Assembly (NCBI GenBank): GCA_002269645.1
Contig: NIVC01000114.1
Coordinates: forward strand, 682,001-746,000
Direction of reading: 5' to 3'
DNA: 64,000 nucleotides
Origin: Macrostomum lignano
Lineage: Eukaryota
The notes beneath the pieces were generated by a model. The model was given only the letters and a program-made list of their open reading frames with translations. It made no database searches and was not told the DNA's origin. Shown here piece by piece: positions 1-11,689 of the stretch (positions are counted from its first letter, which is position 1; every line of letters begins with the position of its first letter). Position numbers and translations under genes: made by a program.

Positions 1-143
1 TTGGCTCTCAAGGCCGTTAATTGCACGAGCAGCGCCAAGCCGAGATTCCAATCCAGCCCCAAATTAATGTGACTGCACTTGGAATCGAGCCTGGGTCGCT
101 GGCACACCAGAGCAGCTCCGCTACCGCTGGGCTACGGCCCCCC
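1..143 (-). mobile_element. tRNA-derived SINE (family 1), 5' part; runs off the window start
   Basis: The minus strand reads GGGGGGCCGTAGCCCAGCGG (A box) ... GGCTCGATTCC (B-box-like). It is homologous to the copy at 54783-55136 (shared ttaattgcacgagcag.gccaagccgagatt...ccccaaattaatgtgactgcacttggaatcgagcctggg). Confidence 0.7.
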
Positions 144-630
144 TATATTTAACATGGAATCCTACGACTATTTTATAAAGGAAAAGCTTTAAAAAAGGCA
201 AGATATATACCATCAACATCGAAAAGTCGCCATCACAGAATATTCACTATTTGAGAGTGCACTCTTCACTTTTGAGAGTGCAGGTTAAAGTCTCTCGATC
301 TTTGCGAGTGACGCAGCTTAGCTACGCCACGCGGCAGATTTGAGTTCAGGAATGAAGTGGGGGAAGCGGTGTGCGAGGGTTGGACGGATTAAAGCTACGA
401 ATCTATAAAGCTATAAAGCTACAGCTAGAGTGGCGAATTTTCAATGTTGCTGAGTATACATCACAATATAACCACTGGCTCTCTTTCCTATCAAAAACAA
501 TAACGACTTTTGTGCTGGAAAAAAAATGAAAACCTTCATTCTTCATAATGTATATTTTCGGTTCAATCAATTCTATTATATAGTCAAGTGGGTTTATTTA
601 AACCCATAAAATGCGCCCACACCTTGACAG

Positions 631-3600
631 CTACACCTGCAACTGCTCCGATACGGGATTTCGCGGTGCCAACTGCAGCGAAAACATTGACGATTGCGCT
701 TCCCCGTCCAACCCCTGCTCCAACGGTGGCGTCTGCATTGACGGAGTGAAAAATTACACATGCCAGTGTCTGGCTGGCTACTCCGGCAGGAACTGCACGC
801 TGGATGAGCCTGACTGCGGTCCGAACCCGTGCCACTACAATGGCACCTGCTTAGAGAGAAGCAACCAGGCTCTGTATGGCAATGCCAGCCTGCCTTACCC
901 GTTTGATGGCGGGTTCAACTATTCAGTGGCTGCTGGGTTTGTGTGCCTCTGTCCGAATGGTAAGTTCTCTTCTGAGTTCAGTTAGCTTCCGATATTCACT
1001 GAGTCCACTCACTGCCGCTTGTTCACAATTTAAACAATTTGCGACAAAATAAAAAAATTGAAACTAACACTTTTGAGCCTTACACTATAGGCTTGTGTAA
1101 GCGACCCTTAATATCACAGTGTGCTCGCAACCTGGAAAAACCCTTGGAAAAAACTTAAAAATGTTTTTAAAGGCAAGTCATTGTAGAATCCGTCGACATG
1201 TGGCATAATAAATTGAGTTTTTTAAAGTCGATGAAGCTACCTTGGCCAAGCGAACACATATCGTAGTGTTATTTGATCGTTGCATTAACATTTAATTAGA
1301 AGTCGGTCTAAGTGCTTTAAGGAATACTGACTTCTAACGGTATGAATCATATGTTATTTAAACTTACCACTATCACTTATCACTTAGCGTTACAAGAATC
1401 GCTAAAGTGTCATTGCAAACAACTCCCTAGTGACTCTTACGAGTTTTTAACAACTCAAATGACTGTAATAAGATAAAGATGCGAGTTTTGAGTCACGAGC
1501 ACATCGAATGCTTTCGAAAATTGTTAAAACAGTCGCGAAAAAGTCCTCCAAAAGCCATCGTGTTAGTGCTTAACTTTATGATAACTTCAGTAGACTAAAT
1601 AGAGTTGCTATAAGTTATAGTATTTGTCATGCTATCTCAGCCTAGAGACATCCAAACTCAGCCAGTCCCATTCCGCAATGCGTTTTTTTGGTTCGAGCTA
1701 GTCGACTTTTACCATAGACATGCTTCTTAAGGCCATGCTATCTCAGCCTGGGACATGCAATCTCAGCCAATATAGATTTCAATTGCAAACAGATCTCAAT
1801 GCTATCATTTCAAACAAATAGCAATGAATGAACGCAGCAAGAAAAGTCAGTAAGGGTACGCAACAACGCTGAGATTGCATGTCCCAGGCTGAGATAGCAT
1901 GGCCTTAAGAAGCATGTCTATGGTAAAACTTGACTGGCTTACGTAAAAATCGCACTGTCGAGATGGGCTGGCTGAGTTTGGATGTCTCTAGGCTGAGATA
2001 GCATGACAAATACTATATTAATGCGAAATGCGATTCTAATTTAAAAAGTAACGCAGCAGCGATTTACACACAAGTCGCTGATTCTACAGCAACTTAAGCA
2101 CGCCCAGAGTCGTTTCAAAGTTGCAGACAATAAAACGCCTCAACTTGACTCTTGAAGGACTTTGACGACTTGTACCGTGACATGTCGTCGTTTTGGAGTC
2201 GTCTAGAGTCACTCCTTTGCTTTTTTACCCGTGTTCCCTGCAACGTGTCCACCTGCACTCAAATTACTATCCAATATAGTTCATTTTCTGCACCAAAGGC
2301 TCATCTGGAAATGACTGCTCCATCAACCCGAACGACTGTCTGGACCCGGCCACCAACCGCAGCGTGTGCGCTCACGCGTCGAGCTGCACGGACGGCCTGG
2401 CCTCATTCACCTGCCACTGCCTGCCCGGCTACGAGGGCCCGACCTGCTCAGTCGACATCAACGAGTGCGAGCGGTTCGGACAGCCGTGTCAGAACGGAGC
2501 CGTCTGCAAGGACCTGGTAGCGGATTATGCCTGCACCGGCTGCCCCGCTGACTTCGGAGGCAAAAACTGCAGCGTCAGACTGACTGGCTGCGACTCCAGC
2601 CCGTGCCAGAACAATGCTACTTGCGAGCCTCTGCTTCTTCGCGAGCTGCCGTCACCTGCTCACGGCTACCGCTGCACCTGCAAGCCTGGCTGGTCTGGAC
2701 CGCAGTGCAACGAGACCACTCTGGCGTCATTCAACGGGACGTCCAGTTTCAGCGCCAATTTTAACACAACAGCTGACTGCACCTTCGAGCTGTCGTTCCG
2801 CACGAGCCTCGCCCACTTCGATCTGGTCCGGCTCTCGTCTCACTGGGGAGACATCCGAGTCGGCGCTCACAACTCCAGTCTCGTGCTGTTGTTCTTCAAT
2901 GCCTCGTCGTCTTTGATTGGTCGAGCCGATTGGCCAATCAGCGACAGCTTGGCCTCTACTGATTGGCTGACGCTGTCGGTATCGCAGACCAATGGCAGTG
3001 CGACATTGAGTCGCAGTGAGTCAGGAGTGAGTCAGCTGCCTCGAGCACAGCTGGTCGACGGACTGTCGGACTCATTCAAGCCGAACAGTCGAATGTCAGT
3101 TCATGTCGGCGGCGAGAGCGAATCCGGCATCGACGGCGGTGGCTTCCGCGGCTGCGTGAGAGACCTGCGGCTCGTGACGAACAACTCGACATTGGTCGCT
3201 ACGGAGACCACGGCGGAGTCGAGCAACGCCACCTGGGGAGTCTGCAGTCGGTCGGTGCAGTGCGGCAGCCCGTCGCCTTGTGAAGCAAAGACGAGCTCGA
3301 TGTGCTCAGATGTGTGGAATGACTTTGTGTGCCACTGCGCTGCGGACTTCGGAGGCCGGCGCTGCTCCGTTGAGCTTCCATCGTTCTCACTGGGTGTGGG
3401 CGGCAGCGTGTCATCAGCGAGCTTCGCGTCTGCAGCAGGTGTGTCAAGTGTGTATGGCGGAGACTCGTGGACGATTGAGCTGAGGCTGGTGACTTTGTCT
3501 CGAGGAGCGTTTCTGCTGCTGCTGGGCGACCCGAGCGACTCGGCGACCACTCCGAGACTGCTCGCTATGGTCAGTGTCTTTTGTAGAAAACCAATGAATC

Positions 3601-6600
3601 CATTTATAATTAGTCAGTTTATGTATTACTGACTTTTACTATGTGAATCTTACCGGTGGCTTTTCCGTAAACAGCGTGTCTCGAAGTCTTGTTTGGATTA
3701 ACGTCAAACAAAGCACATTGATATTTGTTTATTTATTTGCTAGTCCTAAGCGTAGTTTTTCAAAAATATTCGTCCCTATGCTTGAATTGTCCAAGAGCAA
3801 AACTGCATTGACTATCAGTTGAGCCATTTACTAACTTTCAGATTGACAACAATGGCCGTCTGTCCGCCCAGTTACTGCACAGCAACGGCTCCGACATCGC
3901 AGCGCTGACGTCCTCAGTCTCGGTGGCCACCGGCAGCTTCGTCTCCGTGAAGATCTCCGTGTCGATATCGGGTCGCTCGCTGTCGCTGTCAGTGTCATCT
4001 TCAGTCAGGTCGGCATCGCTGAGCAGTGCGAGTCCGCTGCCGCAGCTCTCAGGCCAGCTCATCATCGGCGGCTTCAGCGGCGCCAAGCCAGCCCCGGCTC
4101 CGCCGTTGAGCGGCAGCATCAGCAGATCAAAGAGATCGCTGCCATCCAGTGTCGCCGCAGCTGTTGGCAATGACACCACAGCATTTCGCGGCGTGCTGAG
4201 CTCAGTGAGACTCAACGGTGACACGCCGCTACTGCTGGGCCCTGTGCCCACCAGCTTGATTGACAGCCTGCCAACAGCCGTTAGCGCCGAAAACTCCACA
4301 GAAGTGACCACTGGGGCTCGCACTGAGAGCGTCTGCGTAGCTTCCACACCCTGCCAGAATGGAGGGAACTGTTCGGATGTGTTTTACAACTCCTACTCGT
4401 GAGGATTTGCTGATTGCTTCTTTGTTTTATTGTAGAGAGTCATTTGAGCTCCCATGACCTCCCCACTAAGATTTGGTTTGGTAGTAATTTTCCATTTTTA
4501 TTCGTAGGTGCAATTGCACCGCTGGATGGCGAGGACGCAACTGCTCAGACCGAGACCTGTGCCACCCATCCGCCGGCTCGTGTCCGAACGGCACCCAGTG
4601 CGTCAATTTGGATGGCTCCGGTGGATTTGAGTGTGAGAGAATTTTGCTTGCATTAATCTGTGATTTTTATCATTCCTTTAAATTCTCAAATCTCCAAAAA
4701 TTCCTTTTAAGAACGTCATTTCAAACAACTCGCTAGTGAAGCGGCTCTTGTGACTTTTTAACGTTTAAATTCGATTGAGATGTGACTGTTGCGTCACAAG
4801 CGCTTAACTTTTGCTAGAGATGTGACTCTAATTCATCAAGATAATCTACTCAGTGGTTTTTACAGCAAATCTAGCGCGCGCATCAAATACGACTGAATCT
4901 ACGGCTTAAAAGTCGTTTCAAAGTCGCAGACAATAAGACGCCTCAAATTAACTCTCCTATACGACTTTTTGACCACTTTTGGCGATTTGTACCGTGACAT
5001 CTCGTCGCTTTAGAGCAGGGGTCGACAAACTTTTTATTTCAAGGGCCAGGTAAAGAAGCTAGATCATTGCTGCTGGCCAGACAAGCGCGTCAAAGAGAGG
5101 GAATGGGGGAGAGAGAAGAAGAAAGGGAGGAGAGATGAGATAGGATATGTGATTAGGAGAGGAGATGAGAAGAGACAAACCTTGAGCGAGCTGGATCGCT
5201 ATTGTAAAGTTTCAAAGAACCCGAGGTCCGGATAGAGAGGCTTCGCGGGCCGGAGTTTTCCGATCGCTGCTTTAGAGTCATCTACATGTAGAGTCACTTC
5301 TTTCCTACAAGTATTTTACCTGTGTTACCTGCAGCGACTCTGTGGCGACACACAAGTTACTGTTGTCACGTTTGACACAAGTGACCATCAATTCCCCATT
5401 GCCAGGTCGCGCGGCTGCCACATTCGGCAGCAATCTGCAGTCGCCGCTCAGCACCAGTCAGCTGATTCTGTCCGCATCCAGTCTAAATGAGTCCCTAGCA
5501 ACGGTTACCGGGTGGGCTCGAACCCGTCAGTCGGACTGTCAGCTGTTGTCAGTGTCCAGCGGAGGTCGTCAGCTGACTGTGGGCTGCAGCTCCGGTCAAC
5601 TGCAGGCCGGCCTTGACAACCAGACAGCGTTGGTAGCGGTTGGCATAGCAACGGGTTTACCGTTCACCTTTAGCGTAAATTGTTCTGCGGGCTCACCTCT
5701 CAGCCTGCAGGTATCTGTCAATAGCAGCGACTCGGTCTCGGTGTCCAGCAAGTCTGCCCTAGCAACCGACTTGTTGCTAGACTCCGCTGCCAAGGTTACC
5801 TTGGGCGGCATCAAATTCAAAGGTTGCCTTGACAACGTGCGACTCAACGGGCGCCTGGCACCCCTAGCGAATCGATCCCTGCTTCCTAGCGGAGCTGCCG
5901 GGTTCGAGTGGGCCTCGGAGTTAGTGTCCGCGCCTATGATCGGTTGTCATGGCGACCAGGTGTGCCAGACTACTGTCAACGAGCGGACAGAGAATGTCTG
6001 CCAGAATTCTGGCAGGTGCACCGATCTGTGGAACAAGTTTGCGTGCAGCTGCACTGATGGCTTCTATGGCGACACTTGCTCGGCGAAACTTGGCGCCACT
6101 GCGAGCGTCTCCACGGCTGTCATCATCGCCGTATCCGTTGTGGGCCTCGTCATCATCATCTCTGTTGGTGAGTTAATGTTGATGCAGCTGAAACTGCAGT
6201 GACGGACACTTTCTGGGACAGAAACGTCAGTGAAAGACGCTTCAGTGACAGACACTTCACTGACAGACACTTCATTGATAGACACTTCACTGACAGACAC
6301 TTCACTGACAGACATTTCACTGACAGACACTTCACTGACAGACACTTCACTGACAGACACTTCACTGACAGACACTTCACTGACAGACACTTCACTGACA
6401 GACACTTCACTGACAGACACTTCACTGACAGACACTTCAGTGACAGACACTCCAGTGACAGACACTCCAGTGACAGACACTCCAGTGACAGACACTCCCG
6501 TGACAGACACTTCATTGACAGACACTTCACTGACAGACATTTCACTGACAGACACTTCACTGACAGACACTTCACTGACAGACACTTCACTGACAGACAC

Positions 6601-9600
6601 TTCACTGACTGACACTTCACTGACTGACACTTCACTGACAGACACTTCACTGACAGACACTTCACTGACAGACACTTCACTGACAGACACTTCACTGACA
6701 GACACTTCAATGACAGACACTTCATTGACAGACACTGCACTGACAGACACTTCATTGACAGACACTTCATTGACAGACACTTCACTGACAGACACTGCAC
6801 TGACAGACACTTCACTGAAAGACACTTCACTGACAGACACTTCACTGACAGACACTTCATTGACAGACACTTCATTGACAGACACTGCACTGACAGACAC
6901 TTCATTGACAGACACTTCATTGACAAACACTTCACTGACAGACACTTCACTGACAGACACTTCACTGATAGACACTTCAGTGGTAGACACTTCACTGATA
7001 GACACTTCACTGACAGACACTTCAGTGGTAGACACTTCACTGACAGACACTTCACTGACAGACACTTCATTGACAGACACTTCAGTGGTAGAAATTTCAC
7101 TGACAGACACTTCAGTGGTAGACACTTCACGGACAGACACTTCATTGACAGACACTTCACTGATAGACACTCCCGTGACAGACACGCAAACAACAGCTAT
7201 ACAGAATTGTATTTACAGAATGACACAATTTTCTTTTTACTTTTTTCTTGGCAGAAGAGTTTCTTAATTTACCCACGTGGTAGAGAGTTTAAGTTATAAA
7301 TTATTTAACTTTGAGCCTTGTTAGCCCCTTCAGTATGTGTCAGCCTGCCTATTGTGATCGTGCTTCTTGGCATGCAATGCCAAGAGTTATAAATTAATTT
7401 GATATCTCATTTTATACTGTGCCAACTTTTAATTAGATATGTTCTCAGCAATCTGCAGCAAAGCGGGTTGTAGCCTAGTGGTTAGAGAGTCGGAATCACG
7501 ACTGAAAGATTGGGGGTTCGATTCTTGGACCACTCAAAACAATTTATCAATCTGCAGAAATCAGCTATAAATCTGCAGTAAGCGGTTGTCAATCTACAGT
7601 AATCAGTTATCAATCTGCAATAATCAGTTATCAATCTGCAATAATCAGTTATCAATCTGCAATAATCAGTTATCAATCTGCTGTAATCAGTTATCAATCT
7701 GCAGTAATCAGTTATCAATCTGCTGTAATCAGTTGTCAATCTACAGTAATCAGTTATCAATCTGCTGTAATCAGTTATCAATCTGCAGTAATCAGTTATC
7801 AATCTGCTGTAATCAGTTGTCAATCTACAGTAATCAGTTATCAATCTGCTGTAATCAGTTGTCAATCTACAGTAATCAGTTATCAATCTGCAGTAATCAG
7901 TTATCAATCTGCTGTAATCAGTTATCAATCTGCAGTAATCAGCTATCAATCTGGAGTAATCAGTTATCAATCTGCAGTAATCAGCTATCAATCTGCAGTA
8001 ATCAGTTATCAATCTGCAGTAATCAGTTATCAATCTGCAGTAATCAGTTATCAATCTGGAGTAATCAGTTATCAATCTGCAGTAATCAGCTATCAATCTT
8101 CAGTAATCAGTTATCAATCTGGAGTAATCAGTTATCAATCTGCAGTAATCAGCTATCAATCTTCAGTAATCAGTTATCAATCTGGAGTAATCAGTTATCA
8201 ATCTTCAGTAATCAGTTGTCAATCTTCAGTAATCAGTTATCAATCTACAGTAATCAGTTATCAATCTGGAGTAATCAGTTATCAATCTTCAGTAATCAGT
8301 TGTCAATCTGCAGTAATCAGTTATCAGTCTGCAGTAATCAGTTATCAATCTGCTGTGATTAGTTATCAATCTGCAGTAATCAGTTATCAATCTGCAGTAA
8401 TCAGTTGTCAATCTGCAGTAATCAGTTATCAATCTGCAGTAATCAGTTATCAATCTGCAGTAATCAGTTATCAATCTGCTGTAATCAGTTATCAATCTGC
8501 AGTAATCAGTTATCAATCTGCTGTAATCAGTTATCACTCTGCTGTAATCAGTTATCAATCTGCTGTAATCAGTTATCACTCTGCTGTAATCAGTTATCAA
8601 TCTGCATTAATCAGTTATCAATCTGCAGTAATCAGTTATCAATCTGCAGTAATCAGTTGTCAATCTACAGTAATCAGTTATCAATCTGCAGTAATCAGTT
8701 ATCAATCTGCTGTAATCAGTTATCAATCTGCTGTAATCAGTTATCAATCTGCAGTAATCAGTTGTCAATCTACAGTAATCAGTTATCAATCTGCAATAAT
8801 CAGTTATCAATCTGCTGTAATCAGTTATCAATCTGCTGTAATCAGTTATCAATCTGCAGTAATCAGTTATCAATCTGCAGTAATCAGTTGTCAATCTACA
8901 GTAATCAGTTATCAATCTGCTGTAATCAGTTATCAATCTGCTGTAATCAGTTATCAATCTGCAGTAATCAGTTGTCAATCTACAGTAATCAGTTATCAAT
9001 CTGCAATAATCAGTTATCACTCTGCTGTAATCAGTTATCAATCTGCTGTAATCAGTTATCAATCTGCTGTAATCAGTTATCAATCTGCAGTAATCAGTTA
9101 TCAATCTGCAGTAATCAGTTGTCAATCTACAGTAATCAGTTATCAATCTGCAGTAATCAGTTATCAATCTGCTGTAATCAGTTATCAATCTGCTGTAAAC
9201 AATTATCAATCTGCTGTAATCAGTTATCAATCTGCAGTAATCAGTTATCAATCTGCAGTAATCAGTTATCAATCTGCAGTAATCAGCTATTAATCTGGAG
9301 TAATCAGCTATCAATCTGCTGTAATCAGTTATCAATCTGTATTAATCCACTTCCTGAACCGGTCTTATGCAAAGTTTAAAATTCTAAGCCGGCAAACTCT
9401 ACTAAAAGCAAGCAAAATCGTAAAATGACTTTATTGTTATTATTTAATTTTTATTTCAACCCGAACTTCCAGTTGCAGTGCTGCTTTTCAAGTACGTGCA
9501 GAACCGTCGCAAAGAGTCTGGCACCTACGGTCCGTCCAAGGCTGAGAGTCGGAGCAACGCCCACGCGCAGGCCCAGCCACCTGTGAGGCCACCGCCTGAG

Positions 9601-9615
9601 GAGCGCCTCATTTGA
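631..9615 (+). CDS. crb: Crumbs ortholog, 3' part (EGF repeats - 3 LamG domains with interspersed EGF - TM - FERM-binding/PDZ-binding tail); 5' exons lie upstream of the window
   Basis: Exons with GT-AG borders and continuous frame: 631-959, 2299-3569, 3842-4398, 4508-4632, 5406-6167, 9473-9615. Contains the Crumbs-type EGF with a long insertion ([30 protein letters not shown]), three LamG domains and a TM segment ([23 protein letters not shown]). The tail [18 protein letters not shown]...[12 protein letters not shown] carries the GTY and ERLI motifs diagnostic of Crumbs. Confidence 0.93.
1400..2245. repeat. Unclassified interspersed repeat in a crb intron (second copy ~4710-5340), here interrupted by a foldback MITE
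   Basis: Shares blocks with 4710-5340 (caaacaactc.ctagtga; gtcgtttcaaagt.gcagacaataa.acgcctcaa; tgtaccgtgacat.tcgtcg; tagagtcact). Boundaries are approximate. Confidence 0.55.
1616..2017. mobile_element. Foldback MITE with long TIRs and TA flanks (Tc1/mariner-type target)
   Basis: TA|TAGTATTTGTCATGCTATCTCAGCCTAGAGACATCCAAACTCAGCCAG ... CTGGCTGAGTTTGGATGTCTCTAGGCTGAGATAGCATGACAAATACTA|TA. The arms stay inverted for roughly 150 bp and there is no ORF. Confidence 0.85.
5016..5269. mobile_element. Non-autonomous hAT (Buster-like) element
   Basis: Exact 8-bp TSD CTTTAGAG at 5008-5015 and 5270-5277 (central TA). Imperfect TIRs CAGGGGTCGACAAAC and GTTTTCCGATCGCTG. Confidence 0.8.
6225..7186. repeat. 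15-bp minisatellite (GACAGACACTTCACT)n in the last crb intron
   Basis: Direct tandem periodicity; it produces the spurious (DTSLT)n and (SEVSV)n ORFs. Confidence 0.95.
7463..7541 (+). mobile_element. tRNA-like SINE head (family 2)
   Basis: A box TAGCCTAGTGG and B box GGTTCGATTC; homologous to the 5' end of the SINE at 60627. Confidence 0.7.
7545..9345. repeat. 21-bp minisatellite (AATCAGTTATCAATCTGCAGT)n in the last crb intron
   Basis: About 1.8 kb of tandem 21-mers with point variants and no unique spacers. Confidence 0.95.
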
Positions 9616-9697
9616 GTCTGTCCTTGATAAATACTTTGTCACTTATAAATGAGAAATGAGAAATGTTTTTTTTCAAAGCGAAATTGCAATGAACATT

Positions 9698-9703
9698 AAT
9701 AAA
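9698..9703 (+). terminator. Probable polyadenylation signal of crb
   Basis: AATAAA 83 nt after the crb stop codon. Confidence 0.55.
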
Positions 9704-11340
9704 CTTGCTAATTTCCATTGCGATATATTGTCCTGAAATATTGTGGTTATTAGATGTTTAATAACGCGTCATAAAGATTTAATAGTTTTTATGGTACATG
9801 TATTGACTGTTTTATTATTAGTAGAAGTGTTGTACAAAAATGTTGTAAATTGAGTACAGTATTGAGGTGTGGGCGGGTTCACTGCAGTAACATTCCACTG
9901 TGTTTTTAACTGTGCTTGAGAACATTCTCAGTTTTCTGTTTATAACCAGCAGATATTCACAAGTGCTTCCTGTACTATTAGGCGCATACATTTTCATTGA
10001 TATTTTATTTCCAAGCAGACAGCTTAACTGTTGATATTTTTCCAGCCGTATATTAAAAATTGTTATAATCAGCTTAAAATATGTCGCGTATATTTTAAAA
10101 ATCCAATTTGACTGTCCTGCAGAACTGCATTTTAGATGATAAGCACGCTGTTTCATAATAATTAACTAATTAAGTGCTTTTCTACGAGCTGAAATGGTGG
10201 GCTCGCGAAAAAAAATTGTATATTTTTTTAAATCCAATCTTATATTTCCAGGTTTTTACTTGTAATTGTGTGTTTTTTAGTTTTAATGCACTCAATCGAT
10301 CAAAAGTATTGCTTAGATTGGCACATTCCACATTGGCCTTTGGTGTGGTCGCTTCGATTCGATTCGATTCGATTTTTATTTTTCTAGCTCAACTAAAATT
10401 GAGTAAAGAAACTTTTTGATATGCTACCCCTATTTCAATTAACGACTGATAATGTGTGACATAATTTTTATTCCAAACAGCTGCAGCAGTTTTTAGCGGG
10501 CATGTTGTACTTAAATGTTGAATTTATTATGAATACACGAGTTGCGTTTTTATTTCAAATTTATCACAATGATTTATCATGCATTGCTTCATCGGCAGTT
10601 TAAATAACTAATCATGCTCAAATCTATTTATAATATTGTTTATACTTTTCATTTTTCAATCTTGGTAGATAGATTCAAATTACTAATAACTAAACTTAGT
10701 GCTCGAGCTTTGATGCAACCCAGCTTTTCCGACGTGGTTTTCTTGATTACTTTCTCCTTCCAGAAACGTTAAACATTTAAAGTAGAAAAAAGGTAGCATT
10801 AGTGACAGTATATTTTGAGACAATGCAGCTGTAATATGAGCGTTACTGACCGCTCTCCAATATCACTTCTTGTGCTGATGTGAATGAAGCTTGGAAAGAA
10901 AGCACTTTTCCGCCCGTCGAAACACCAAGGGGGATCCCGCCTTCGACAGCAACGCAGGCACACAAAATTCCAAAACACGGGCCAACTTGAGTTTGCGCAC
11001 CTTCTCAAACAAGAATCAACAAGTCTGTAGCTCACCGGACCTTTGAGATATTCGGCGATTCTGCCAGAAGGTTGGATTTTTCTCCATAAGCGCTAGCATA
11101 TTCAATTTAGGAAGATTTGAACATTCAATGGGCCTCGTACATTGAAGATTATCAAATCGATTCTTTCATTTTATTTAAGAAGTCGAGCATCAACTTAAGA
11201 AAAGGCCAGCCATTTTAAGCAGAAATAATTGGCATAAATGAAGGTTCTCAAAATCGAATGGGAACCTGATTCAGTGGTACTGATCAAACTGTCAAAATTA
11301 TAATGGCGATTTGTCAGTTTTGATTGCCCTGGTTCAACAT

Positions 11341-11650
11341 GACGTCAGCGGTGCGATGTGGGAGCCGTTGCTGTGCAGTAACTGGGCGGACAGACGGCCA
11401 GAGTGATCGATCTGAAAAGATTTAAACAAAGCTTAAAAGAAAAACATCTTGAAATCCACTAAGAGTACCAGAATGGACACTGACCGTAGCGAGCAGTCTC
11501 GGAGTGGTCGCCGAGTTGCTCGGGTCGCCCAGCAGCAGCAGAAACGCTCCTCGAGACAAAGTCACCAGCCTCAGCTCAATCGTCCACGAGTCTCCGCCAT
11601 ACACACTTGACTCATTTGGGAAAGAAGCAAAACTTGCTGACGATTCTCGC
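11341..11650 (-). pseudogene. Orphan fragment of a Crumbs-like paralog (LamG2 exon end, intron, next exon start)
   Basis: The minus strand encodes [53 protein letters not shown]|gtcagt...tttcag|[24 protein letters not shown]. Homology stops abruptly at both ends. Confidence 0.8.
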
Positions 11651-11689
11651 TAGTATCAATAGATACCAAAGAGCGCCAGCATCAGGGGA

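Noticed and set aside
2364-3632. Notch, Eys/spacemaker or agrin assignment for the EGF-LamG genes
   Set aside because: There are no LNR, ankyrin or follistatin domains. The insertion-EGF, the three-LamG layout and the GTY/ERLI tail identify Crumbs.
3101-4347. Antisense ORFs over EGF/LamG exons (also 15721-16197, 34917-35435, 49515-50033, 57841-58347)
   Set aside because: Shadow ORFs of GC-rich coding exons, repeated only because the sense exons are duplicated.
6064-7267. Long ORFs such as (DTSLT)n, (SEVSV)n and (KCLSV)n resembling mucins
   Set aside because: They are open in several frames on both strands only because of the stop-free 15-bp repeat, and they lie inside a clean GT-AG intron between the TM and ERLI exons.
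7463-7541. Functional tRNA genes here and at 60627 and 55136
   Set aside because: The A and B boxes are present, but the acceptor and anticodon arms are irregular and the heads continue into repeated SINE bodies.
7482-9379. 21-mer array as a CRISPR array or as coding ORFs
   Set aside because: The units are directly adjacent with no unique spacers, the context is a eukaryotic intron, and there are no cas genes.
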